A stretch of 61,322 bases of DNA, taken from NCBI GenBank assembly GCA_039621445.1, contig CP154954.1, forward strand, positions 2,976,001 to 3,037,322, written 5' to 3'. Made by a program: the position numbers and the translations under genes. Positions within the stretch are counted from its first letter, which is position 1. Every line of letters begins with the position of its first letter. This document shows positions 50,601-61,322 of this stretch, piece by piece. The notes below the pieces were generated by a model. The model was not told the DNA's origin. It did not search any database and was given only the letters and a program-made list of their open reading frames with translations. The stretch comes from Euglena gracilis (Eukaryota).

Positions 50601-53600
50601 CTAGTTTCTCCAGAGCCCTTGGGTTACCCCAACTCCACGCCAGTCCGGAGATATGCCCGAGCAAAAAAGTTGTCTACCGTCTTTTTTTTCTGGGGAAATT
50701 GCAGGGTCATTTTTGGGTCAAAAACAGTTTTTCCGGGTCTGGGAGGCAAAAACACGTGGTTTTGGGCAAAAAAGGTTTTTTCGATTTTTCCCAACTTTTT
50801 TTGGCCCAGTTTTGACCCAAAGTCAATGGGTTGGCGGCCCAAAACGGGGCGCTGGAGGGTCGAAAAACACTCATTTTTGGCTCGAAAACACTTTTTTCGG
50901 GTCCGAGAGGTCAAAAAACATGGTTTTGGGCAATTTTTTTTCGAATTTTTCCGACTTTTTGACCCAAAAATGGCTTAATGCACCACCGGCCAGCGGGGCG
51001 GGCCCCAGCCAGGGGGGGGGGGCATGTGGGGGGCAGTCCGGGTCGGAATTTTTTTTTGCTCAAACACACTTTTTTTGATGTTGTGAAGTGAAAAAAAGTG
51101 TTTTTGAGCAAAAAAATTTTTTTAAAATTTTAGGTCCCGACCTGCCTCCCGACCTCCCAAGCCCATCCACCCTCGGACCCCCCGCAGGGGTCCCCGAATA
51201 CCCAAAAATGGCCCAAAATCGCACAACCAGACCCCGGGAACCTCAAAAAACGGTTAAACCCCCCCCCCTAAACCTGAGGATTGACCCCCTGGTTTGGGTC
51301 CCAACTCCTCGTCCAGTCCGAGATATAGCCAATTTATGGTTTCGGGCCCCGAACGGGCCCGAAATGGCCAAAACTGGCAAAACTGGCCCAAAACCACAAA
51401 ACGGGCGTAACTCGGGCTAGGCGAGGAGTTGGCCCAAACCGTGCATACCAATCGAACGGGCGTCCCAAAGTTGTGGAATGAGTTCCTCTTTATTTTATCT
51501 CAACTCCGCGTCTTCGAGATATTTTGAATTTTTCGATTTTTTTGACCCCAAAATGACCCTGAAATTTTCCTTTTTTGACATGAAAATGATCCAACGTCCA
51601 TTGGTTTCGGGCCCAAAACGGAGGCCGGGGGTCCAAAAACGCTCATTTTCGGCTCGAAAACACTTTTTTCGGGTCCGAGAGGTCAAAAAACATGGTTTTG
51701 GGCAAAAAATTTTTTCGAATTTTTTCGACTTTTTGACCCAAAAATGGCTACGTCCACCGGCCGGGGGGGGGGGGGGGGGGAGGCCGGGGGCGGGGTCCGG
51801 GTCGGTTTAATTTTTTTGGCTCAAAAACACTTTTTTTGATGTTCTAAAGTGAAAAAAAGTGTTTTTGAGGGAAAGAAATTTTTTCAAAATTTTGGGTCCC
51901 AACCTGCCTGCCATCCCCCCCTCGCCCAGCCGCCCTCCAACCCCCCGCAGGGGTCCCCGGGTACCCAAAACTGGCCCAAAATTGCACAACCAGACCCCGG
52001 GAACCTCAAAAAACGGTCAACCCCCCCCCCCAAACCTCATGATTGACCCCCTGGTTTGGGTCCCAACTCCTCGTCTAGCCCGAGATACGGCCAATTTACG
52101 GTTTCGGGCCTGGAACAGGCCCGAAATGGCCATAAACTGGCAAAACTGGCCCAAAACCACAAAACGACCGTATCTCGGGCTAGGCGAGGAGTTGGCCCAA
52201 ACCGCGCATACCGATCGATCGGGCGTTGTGGAAGGCGGTCCTCTTTACTTTTTTTCAACTCCGCAGCGTTTTCGAGACATTTTGAATTTTTCGATTTTTT
52301 GACCCCAAAATGACCTGCAATCCCCACTTAACCGTTTTCGGCCAAAAAAAGTCGAAAAAAATCGAAAGTTTTTTTTCGCCCAAAACCATGTTTTTTTGGC
52401 CTCCCGGACCCGGAAAAACTGTTTTTGAGCCAAAAAATGAGCGTTTTTTGACCCGCCAGCCCCGGTTTGGGCCCAAATCTTAAGGACTTTGGGTCAAAAC
52501 CGGGTCAAAAAGGTCGAAAAAAATCAAAAAAATTTTTGCCCGAAATGATGTTTTTTGGCCTCCCGGACCCAGAAAAAGTGTTTTTGAGCCGAAAATGAGC
52601 GCCACTCGACCCGCCAGCACCCCGTTTTTGGCCCGAATCCTTTGGACTTTGGGTCATTTTCCGGTCAAAAAAGTAAAAAAAAATTTAAATTTTTTTTTAC
52701 CAAAACCCACTTTTTTTTGCCTCCCAGACCCAGGAAAGGGTGTTTTTGACCCGAAAATGAGTGTTTTTCAACCCCGTATCTGGCCTGGGTTGGGCCGCCG
52801 AGCCGCCGGCCGGGCCGGGCCGGGCCGGGCCGGGCCAGGGTGGTCTCCCAAAGAGCTCAGCTCTACGTCACACCCTGGCCGCTGAGCTCTTATCTCTTCA
52901 GAGTAAGAGCGAAGCTTACCACCGGGGCCGGAGGGGGGGGTCCGACCCCCCTCCCCGCCTCCCCCCCCACCCCCCCCCCCCCCCACCCCCCCCTCCCTGG
53001 GTAGGCAAGGACCCCCGAGGATTATCGATGTGATTGGATTTCCTGGCCCCCAAAGTGAATAGCCAATAGGTTAGGGGACGATCCCTAGTTTCTCCAGAGC
53101 CCTTGGGTTACCCCAACTCCACGCCAGTCCGGAGATATGCCCGAGCAAAAAAGTTGTCTACCGTCTTTTTTTTCTGGGGAAATTGCAGGGTCATTTTTGG
53201 GTCAAAAACAGTTTTTCCGGGTCTGGGAGGCAAAAACACGTGGTTTTGGGCAAAAAAGGTTTTTTCGATTTTTCCCAACTTTTTTTGGCCCAGTTTTGAC
53301 CCAAAGTCAATGGGTTGGCGGCCCAAAACGGGGCGCTGGAGGGTCGAAAAACACTCATTTTTGGCTCGAAAACACTTTTTTCGGGTCCGAGAGGTCAAAA
53401 AACATGGTTTTGGGCAATTTTTTTCGAATTTTTCCGACTTTTTGACCCAAAAATGGCTTAATGCACCACCGGCCAGCGGGGCGGGCCCCAGCCAGGGGGG
53501 GGGGGGCATGTGGGGGGCAGTCCGGGTCGAAATTTTTTTTTGCTCAAACACACTTTTTTTGATGTTGTGAAGTGAAAAAAAGTGTTTTTGAGCAAAAATT

Positions 53601-56600
53601 TTTTTTAAAATTTTATTTCCTGTCTTGCCTCCAGACCTCCCAAGCCCATCCGCCCTCGGACCCCCCGCAGGGGTCCCCGAATACCCAAAAATGGCCCAAA
53701 ATCGCACAACCAGACCCCGGGAACCTCAAAAAACGGTTAAACCCCCCCCCTAAACCTGAGGATTGACCCCCTGGTTTGGGTCCCAACTCCTCGTCCAGTC
53801 CGAGATATAGCCAATTTATGGTTTCGGGCCCCGAACGGGCCCGAAATGGCCAAAACTGGCAAAACTGGCCCAAAACCACAAAACGGGCGTAATTCGGGCT
53901 AGGCGAGGAGTTGGCCCAAACCGTGCATACCGATCGAACGGGCGTCCCAAAGTTGTGGAATGAGTTCCTCTTTATTTTATCTCAACTCCGCGTCTTCGAG
54001 ATATTTTGAATTTTTCGATTTTTTTGACCCCAAAATGACCCTGAAATTTTCCTTTTTTGACATGAAAATGATCCAACGTCCATTGGTTTCGGGCCCAAAA
54101 CGGAGGCCGGGGGTCCAAAAACGCTCATTTTCGGCTCGAAAACACTTTTTTCGGGTCCGAGAGGTCAAAAAACATGGTTTTGGGCAATTTTTTTTCGAAT
54201 TTTTTCGACTTTTTGACCCAAAAATGGCTACGTCCACCGGCCGGGGGGGGGGGGCACAGCCGGGGCGGGGTCCGGGTCGGTTTAATTTTTTTGGCTCAAA
54301 AACACTTTTTTTGATGTTCTAAAGTGAAAAAAAGTGTTTTTGAGGAAAATTTTTTTTTCAAAATTTTGGGTCCCAACCTGCCTGCCATCCCCCCCTCGCC
54401 CAGCCGCCCTCCAACCCCCCGCAGGGGTCCCCGGGTACCCAAAACTGGCCCAAAATTGCACAACCAGACCCCGGGAACCTCAAAAAACGGTCAACCCCCC
54501 CCCCCCAAACCTCATGATTGACCCCCTGGTTTGGGTCCCAACTCCTCGTCTAGCCCGAGATACGGCCAATTTACGGTTTCGGGCCTCGAACAGGCCCGAA
54601 ATGGCCAAAACTGGCAAAACTGGCCCAAAACCACAAAACGACCGTATCTCGGGCTAGGCGAGGAGTTGGCCCAAACCGCGCATACCGATCGATCGGGCGT
54701 TGTGGAAGGCGGTCCTCTTTACTTTTTTTCAACTCGAGACATTTTGAATTTTTCGATTTTTTGACCCCAAAATGACCTGCAATCCCCACTTAGCCGTTTT
54801 CGGCCAAAAAAAGTCGAAAAAAATCGAAAGTTTTTTTTCGCCCAAAACCATGTTTTTTTGGCCTCCCGGACCCGGAAAAACTGTTTTTGAGCCAAAAAAT
54901 GAGCGTTTTTTGACCCGCCAGCCCCGGTTTGGGCCCAAATCTTAAGGACTTTGGGTCAAAACCGGGTCAAAAAGGTCGAAAAAAATCAAACAAAATTTTG
55001 CCCGAAATGATGTTTTTTGGCCTCCCGGACCCAGAAAAAGTGTTTTTTTCCGGTCATTTTCCGGTCAAAAAATATATATATATATATAAGTCAAATATAA
55101 GTCAAAAAAAATCGAAATTTTTTTTACCCAAAACCACGTGTTTTTGCCTCCCAGACCCAGGAAAGGGTGTTTTTGACCCGAAAATGAGTGTTTTTCAACC
55201 CCGTATCTGGCCTGGGTTGGGCCGCCGAGCCGCCGGCCGGGCCGGGCCGGGCCGGTCCGGGCCGGGCCAGGGTGGTCTCCCAAAGAGCTCAGCTCTACGT
55301 CACACCCTGGCCGCTGAGCTCTTATCTCTTTAGAGTAAGAGCGATGCTTACCACCGGGGCCGGAGGGGGGGGGTCCGACCCCTCCCCCCCGCCCCCCCCC
55401 CCCGCCCCCCGCCCCCCCCCCTCCCTGGGTAGGCAAGGACCCCCGAGGATTATCGATGTGATTGGATTTCCTGGCCCCCAAAGTGAATAGCCAATAGGTT
55501 AGGGGACGATCCCTAGTTTCTCCAGAGCCCTTGGGTTACCCCAACTCCACGCCAGTCCGGAGATATGCCCGAGCAAAAAAGTTGTCTACCGTCTTTTTTT
55601 TCTGGGGAAATTGCAGGGTCATTTTTGGGTCAAAAACAGTTTTTCCGGGTCTGGGAGGCAAAAACACGTGGTTTTGGGCAAAAAAGGTTTTTTCGATTTT
55701 TCCCAACTTTTTTTGGCCCAGTTTTGACCCAAAGTCAATGGGTTGGCGGCCCAAAACGGGGCGCTGGAGGGTCGAAAAACACTCATTTTTGGCTCGAAAA
55801 CACTTTTTTCGGGTCCGAGAGGTCAAAAAACATGGTTTTGGGCAATTTTTTTCGAATTTTTCCGACTTTTTGACCCAAAAATGGCTTAATGCACCACCGG
55901 CCAGCGGGGCGGGCCCCAGCCAGGGGGGGGGGGGCATGTGGGGGGCAGTCCGGGTCGGAATTTTTTTTTGCTCAAACACACTTTTTTTGATGTTGTGAAG
56001 TGAAAAAAAGTGTTTTTGAGCAAAAAAATTTTTTTAAAATTTTAGGTCCCGACCTGCCTCCCGACCTCCCAAGCCCATCCACCCTCGGACCCCCCGCAGG
56101 GGTCCCCGAATACCCAAAAATGGCCCAAAATCGCACAACCAGACCCCGGGAACCTCAAAAAACGGTTAAACCCCCCCCCCCTAAACCTGAGGATTGACCC
56201 CCTGGTTTGGGTCCCAACTCCTCGTCCAGTCCGAGATATAGCCAATTTACGGTTTCGGGCCCCGAACGGGCCCGAAATGGCCAAAACTGGCAAAACTGGC
56301 CCAAAACCACAAAACGGGCGTAATTCGGGCTAGGCGGAGGAGTTGGCCCAAACCGTGCATACCGATCGAACGGGCGTCCCAAAGTTGTGGAATGAGTTCC
56401 TCTTTATTTTATCTCAACTCCGCGTCTTCGAGATATTTTGAATTTTTCGATTTTTTTGACCCCAAAATGACCCTGAAATTTTCCTTTTCATGAAAAAATG
56501 ATCCAACGTCCATTGGTTTCGGGCCCAAAACGGAGGCCGGGGGTCCAAAAACGCTCATTTTCGGCTCGAAAACACTTTTTTCGGGTCCGAGAGGTCAAAA

Positions 56601-58042
56601 AACATGGTTTTGGGCAATTTTTTTCGAATTTTTTCGACTTTTTGACCCAAAAATGGCTACGTCCACCGGCCGGGGGGGGGGGGGGCACAGCCGGGGCGGG
56701 GTCCGGGTCGGTTTAATTTTTTTGGCTCAAAAACACTTTTTTTGATGTTCTAAAGTGAAAAAAAGTGTTTTTGAGGAAAATTTTTTTTTCAAAATTTTGG
56801 GTCCCAACCTGCCTGCCATCCCCCCCTCGCCCAGCCGCCCTCCAACCCCCCGCAGGGGTCCCCGGGTACCCAAAACTGGCCCAAAATTGCACAACCAGAC
56901 CCCGGGAACCTCAAAAAACGGTCAACCCCCCCCCCCAAACCTCATGATTGACCCCCTGGTTTGGGTCCCAACTCCTCGTCTAGCCCGAGATACGGCCAAT
57001 TTACGGTTTCGGGCCTCGAACAGGCCCGAAATGGCCAAAACTGGCAAAACTGGCCCAAAACCACAAAACGACCGTATCTCGGGCTAGGCGAGGAGTTGGC
57101 CCAAACCGCGCATACCGATCGATCGGGCGTTGTGGAAGGCGGTCCTCTTTACTTTTTTTCAACTCCGCAGCGTTTTCGAGACATTTTGAATTTTTCGATT
57201 TTTTGACCCCAAAATGACCTGCAATCCCCACTTAGCCGTTTTCGGCCAAAAAAAGTCGAAAAAAATCGAAAGTTTTTTTTCGCCCAAAACCATGTTTTTT
57301 TGGCCTCCCGGACCTGGAAAAACTGTTTTTGAGCCAAAAAATGAGCGTTTTTTGACCCGCCAGCCCCGGTTTGGGCCCAAATCTTAAATTTTGCCCGAAA
57401 TGATGTTTTTTGGCCTCCCGGACCCAGAAAAAGTGTTTTTGAGCCGAAAATGAGCGCCACTCGACCCGCCAGCACCCCGTTTTTGGCCCGAATCCTTTGG
57501 ACTTTGGGTCATTTTCCGGTCAAAAAAAGTCAAAAAAAATCGAAATTTTTTTTTTACCCAAAACCACGTGTTTTTGCCTCCCAGACCCAGGAAAGGGTGT
57601 TTTTGACCCGAAAATGAGTGTTTTTCAACCCCGTATCCGGCCTGGGTTGGGCCGCCGAGCCGCCGGCCGGGCCGGGCCGGGCCAGGGTGGTCTCCCAAAG
57701 AGCTCAGCTCTACGTCACACCCTGGCCGCTGAGCTCTTATCTCTTTAGAGTAAGAGCGAAGCTTGCCACCGGGGCCGGAGGGGGGGGGGTCCGACCCCCC
57801 CCGCCCCCCCGCCCCCCCGACCCCCCCTCCCTGGGTAGGCAAGGACCCCCGAGGATTATCGATGTGATTGGATTTCCTGGCCCCCAAAGTGAATAGCCAA
57901 TAGGTTAGGGGACGATCCCTAGTTTCTCCAGAGCCCTTGGGTTACCCCAACTCCACGCCAGTCCGGAGATATGCCCGAGCAAAAAAGTTGTCTACCGTCT
58001 TTTTTTTCCGGGGAAATTGCAGGGTCATTTTTGGGTCAAAAA
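47683..58042 (+). repeat. Tandem array of a ~2.45-kb non-coding unit (four full copies plus a partial one), with hierarchical internal subrepeats
   Basis: Marker ggtggtctcccaaagagctc at 47891, 50366, 52839, 55271 and 57686 (periods 2475, 2473, 2432, 2415). Confidence 0.97.
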
Positions 58043-59295
58043 ATCGAAAAATTCAAAATACTTCAAAAACGCTGCGGAGTTGAGAAAAGGTAAAGAGGAC
58101 GTCATTCCATAACTTTGTGACGCCCTATCCACCGGTATTTGCGGTTTGGGCCAACTCCTCGCCTAGCCCGAGATACGGCTGTTTTATGGTTTTGCCAGTT
58201 TTGGCCATTTCGGGCCTCTTTGGGGCCCGAAACCATAAATTGGCCATCTTGGGCTAGACAAGGAATTGGGACCCAAATCAGGGGGTCAATCATGAGGTTT
58301 AGGGGGGGGGGTTGACCGTTTTTTGGGGTTCCCGGGGCCTGGATGTGTGATTTTGGGCCAGTGAGGGTGATCGGGGACCCCTGCGGGCGTGAGGGCGGCT
58401 GGGCGTCGGGAGGCAGGTCGGGATCCAGAATTTTGAATTTTTTTTTCGCTCAAAAACATTTTTTTTTCACTTTAGAACACCAAAAAAATTGTTTTTGAGC
58501 GAAAAAATTTTTTCCGAGCGGACCCCCCGGCCGGTGGACTTGGCCATTTTGGGTCAAAAAGTTGGAAAAATTCGAAAAAATATTTTTTGTCCAAAACCAT
58601 GTTTTTTGACCTCCCGGACCCGGAAAAGGTGTTTTTGAGCCGAAAACGAGCTCAAAAACAACCCCCGTCCCCAGCCCGGGCTGGGCCGCCGAGGCGTTGG
58701 CCAGGTTGGGCGGGGCATCGACGGGCCACAGGGCCGCAGCCGGGCCAGGCCGGGCCGGGCCGGGCTGGGACGCCGGGGTAGTCTCCCAAAGTGCTCAGCT
58801 CTACGTCACACCCTGGTCGCTGAGCTCTTATCTCTTTAGAGTAAGAGCGAAGCTTAGCACCAGGGAAAAGGGGCCCCCCCCCCCCCCCCCCCCCCCCTGG
58901 GTAGACCGTGATAATTTTGGCCCGAAACGCTGTTTTTTTGGCCTCCCGGACCCAGAAAAACTGTTTTTGGGCCGAAAATGAGCGTTTTTCGACCCGCCAG
59001 CACCCCGTTTTGGGCCGCCAACCCATTGATTTTTGGTCATTTTCGGGTCAAAAAAGTCGAAAAAAATCGAAAAAAAATTTTGCTCGAAGCGATGTTTTTT
59101 GGCCTCCTGGACCCAGAAAAACTGTTTTTGGGCCGAAAAATGAGCGTTTTTTCGACCCGCCAGCGCCCCGTCATGGGCCGTCAACCCACTGTTGGTCATT
59201 TTCGGGTCAAAAAACACGAAAAAAATCGAAAAATTTTTTCGCTCAAAGCGCTGTTTTTTTGGCTCCCCAGACCCGGAAAAGGTGTATTTTGAGCC
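58020..59295. repeat. Diverged flank of the array: inverted subunit (~58020-58650), variant core (58777) and subrepeats
   Basis: ~58020-58650 is a diverged reverse complement of ~49170-49845. Confidence 0.85.
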
Positions 59296-59461
59296 AAAAA
59301 TTAGTGGGTTTCCACCCCCCCGGCGCCCTGTTTCCGGCACAAAGCCTTTGCATTTCAGTCAACAGAGCTCCATGGAGTGGGCCGGTTTATATGGGGGTGT
59401 CAATGAAGGGGTGGGTGAGCGCTTATTAAGAGCTCAGCATTATTCAAAACCTGGTTTATCC

Positions 59462-61322
59462 GCAGACCTGTAACCTATATGTTTTTCAGATTTTTCACAT
59501 TCTTGTCGAAAAATCACACTTCCCGAGTCGAAAAAAATTGCTTGAATTTCTGTGGCTGCTGATCGCAAATGTGTGGAAATACCACATTTTCGGATTTTTG
59601 TGTTGGCTACCCGGACTCCCCGGGAGAATGTGGCTTCTAGGACTGCACCGCTGACCTATCTTTATAGGGACCTGTCACCTCCCTCCATACTCACTGATTT
59701 GACAGGTGACAATTTCCCGAAAATTGATATTTGCCGGGCACACTGTAGATTTATTGAATATGTTAAGAATTTTCATCTGTACACAAGGATTTTATACAAG
59801 GATATACAAGAAACAAATTGGGAGTTACTGAAGGAGCCCAATTGCCTGAGAGCATTGGACATTCACAGGTTGCCCCACTCTCCTCGTTTGTTTCAGGGTC
59901 TGCTCTTGCTTTTGGATTGTCCCATCCCTGATTGCCAGCAGAAGTCGGCAACCGCTGCTACAGGATGGTTGCTGCCATGGAGTCTTATCCTTAACTCCCC
60001 ATTATAGCCCTGATCTATGAAGCTCCCCAGCTCTGTGAGGGGACTCTGAAGATTTTTTGTAGTTGCAAAATCTCAATTAGCTGATTTTTTTGCAGTTTTT
60101 ATGAAATGAATGAATGAATGAATGAATGAATGAATGAATGCTGTTTTGACCAGTTTCTCTCCGCAAAAAAAATATCACGGATTTTCCCATCTCTGCCTGG
60201 ATGTTTTTTTGTTTGTCAATATGTGTGTCTGAGTGTCTGTATCTGTCTTTTGGACATCTTCAGGGAAAAAAGCGTGCAAAAGTGTGCTAAAAAATGCAAA
60301 GAAAAATCCTGAAAAATAAAAAATGAGAATGTTGGGAAAAAAGAATTAAAGGGAAAAACACACAAAAAACCATGCAAATGCAAAACTCTTCCAAGAATGG
60401 AAAAAATGAGTGCAAAACGGAAGAAAATTTGCAAGTGAATGGAAGAGTATTGCTTTCCACTGCAGAAAAAGGGCAATTGACCACGCCAGGACCTCACCAG
60501 CCGGTGGGGCCCTGGTTTAAGGGTCCAGGTTGGGGTTTGGTTTGAGCTAGGGTTTGGGTTACGTTCAGGATTGTCGGCTTATAATATTGTCGGCTTATAA
60601 TATTGTCGGCTTATAATATTGTCGGCTTATAATGGGCCCTGGGGCATCATTTCTCGGCCTTTTTTCCTGTTCTCCGAGTGTTAACGACCCAAGGCATCGT
60701 TTTTGAGCTTGGTAAATGGTTGGGGAGCGATGGCAAAGGTTGGCTGTTTCGAAGGGAAAATGGGCCCCGCGCCCGCCAATGCTTTTCAGGGTCGCTCATT
60801 TGTGTGACCGAACCTGAAAGAAACCAGCAGCATCGACCTCCCACACCTCCCCTCCTCGATCGAAAGTTTGTGATTTTTGCCCGCAGTATCGAAAATTCCA
60901 CAGAAAATATTTATCAAACGGGAGTAATGTTCGTGTGCGTGTGTGTGCAGTCTTTTTCGGCTTATAATTTACCCTGGGGCATCATACCTCAGCCTTTTTG
61001 GGGGCCGGTTTGTTGTTATTTTGTTTTTGGCTCGAAGTGCTAAAATTTTCAATCTCAAAGTGAGAGATGACGTGAAGTGGTGCACCCACAGTACCCCCCC
61101 CCCTCCACCCCCCCACACCCCACATCCCCCCCCTGCTGCCACCCCACACACACCCCTTCGCTGCCACCCCCCCCCTGTCACCCCACACTTGGATCTCATT
61201 GAATGCCAAGTTTTTGGCATACAATTCACTTTTTGTTGGCTCCTTTTTTGGCGTCATTTTTTGACACCGGCCTCGTCTGGGGGAGGTGATGCCCCCCCAG
61301 AACAAAAATGGCATCATACTCT
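59462..61322 (+). repeat. ~2-kb dispersed duplication, copy 2 (runs off the window end)
   Basis: Matches 37507-39592; contains an expanded (GAAT)n at ~60107-60139 and a 16-bp x4 tandem repeat at ~60571-60633. Confidence 0.92.

Noticed and set aside
47683-58042. CRISPR array or rDNA/5S/SL-RNA tandem unit
   Set aside because: No unique spacers and no recognisable rRNA, 5S or spliced-leader sequence.
47683-59300. Repeated ORFs in the array (e.g. MGYPNSTPVRRY..., MSSSLFYLNS...)
   Set aside because: Frames change with homopolymer length between copies; low-complexity F/K/G/P content and no recognisable domain.

Overview
Repeat-dense eukaryotic (probably protist, possibly euglenid) DNA with no intact host gene recognisable; most six-frame ORFs are spurious. 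Contents: (1) a near-full-length non-LTR retrotransposon at ~660-7165 (ORF1, then APE endonuclease-RT-RNase H-CCHC ORF2, frameshifted) joined to an opposite-strand LINE fragment; (2) several decayed colinear copies of an unknown long element or gene whose most conserved part encodes MAAPFSL(L/M)QQLPGKSDLWLQLRGSEAARTAPRPH with mostly synonymous differences; (3) many short TIR elements of two classes, CAG...CTG-ended with 8-bp target-site duplications (TSDs) and C-tract-ended flanked by TA; (4) a Tc1-like element (40622-42024) with an intron-containing, internally inverted transposase; (5) a ~2.45-kb tandem array (47.7-58 kb) carrying a structured motif with compensatory changes; (6) a ~2-kb dispersed duplication. 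Most interesting signal: the CAG/CTG ends plus 8-bp TSD match the geometry of euglenid nonconventional introns (3+5=8 nt), so these elements could be spliced out scarlessly. All alignments were done by eye; boundaries are approximate unless TIR/TSD positions are quoted.
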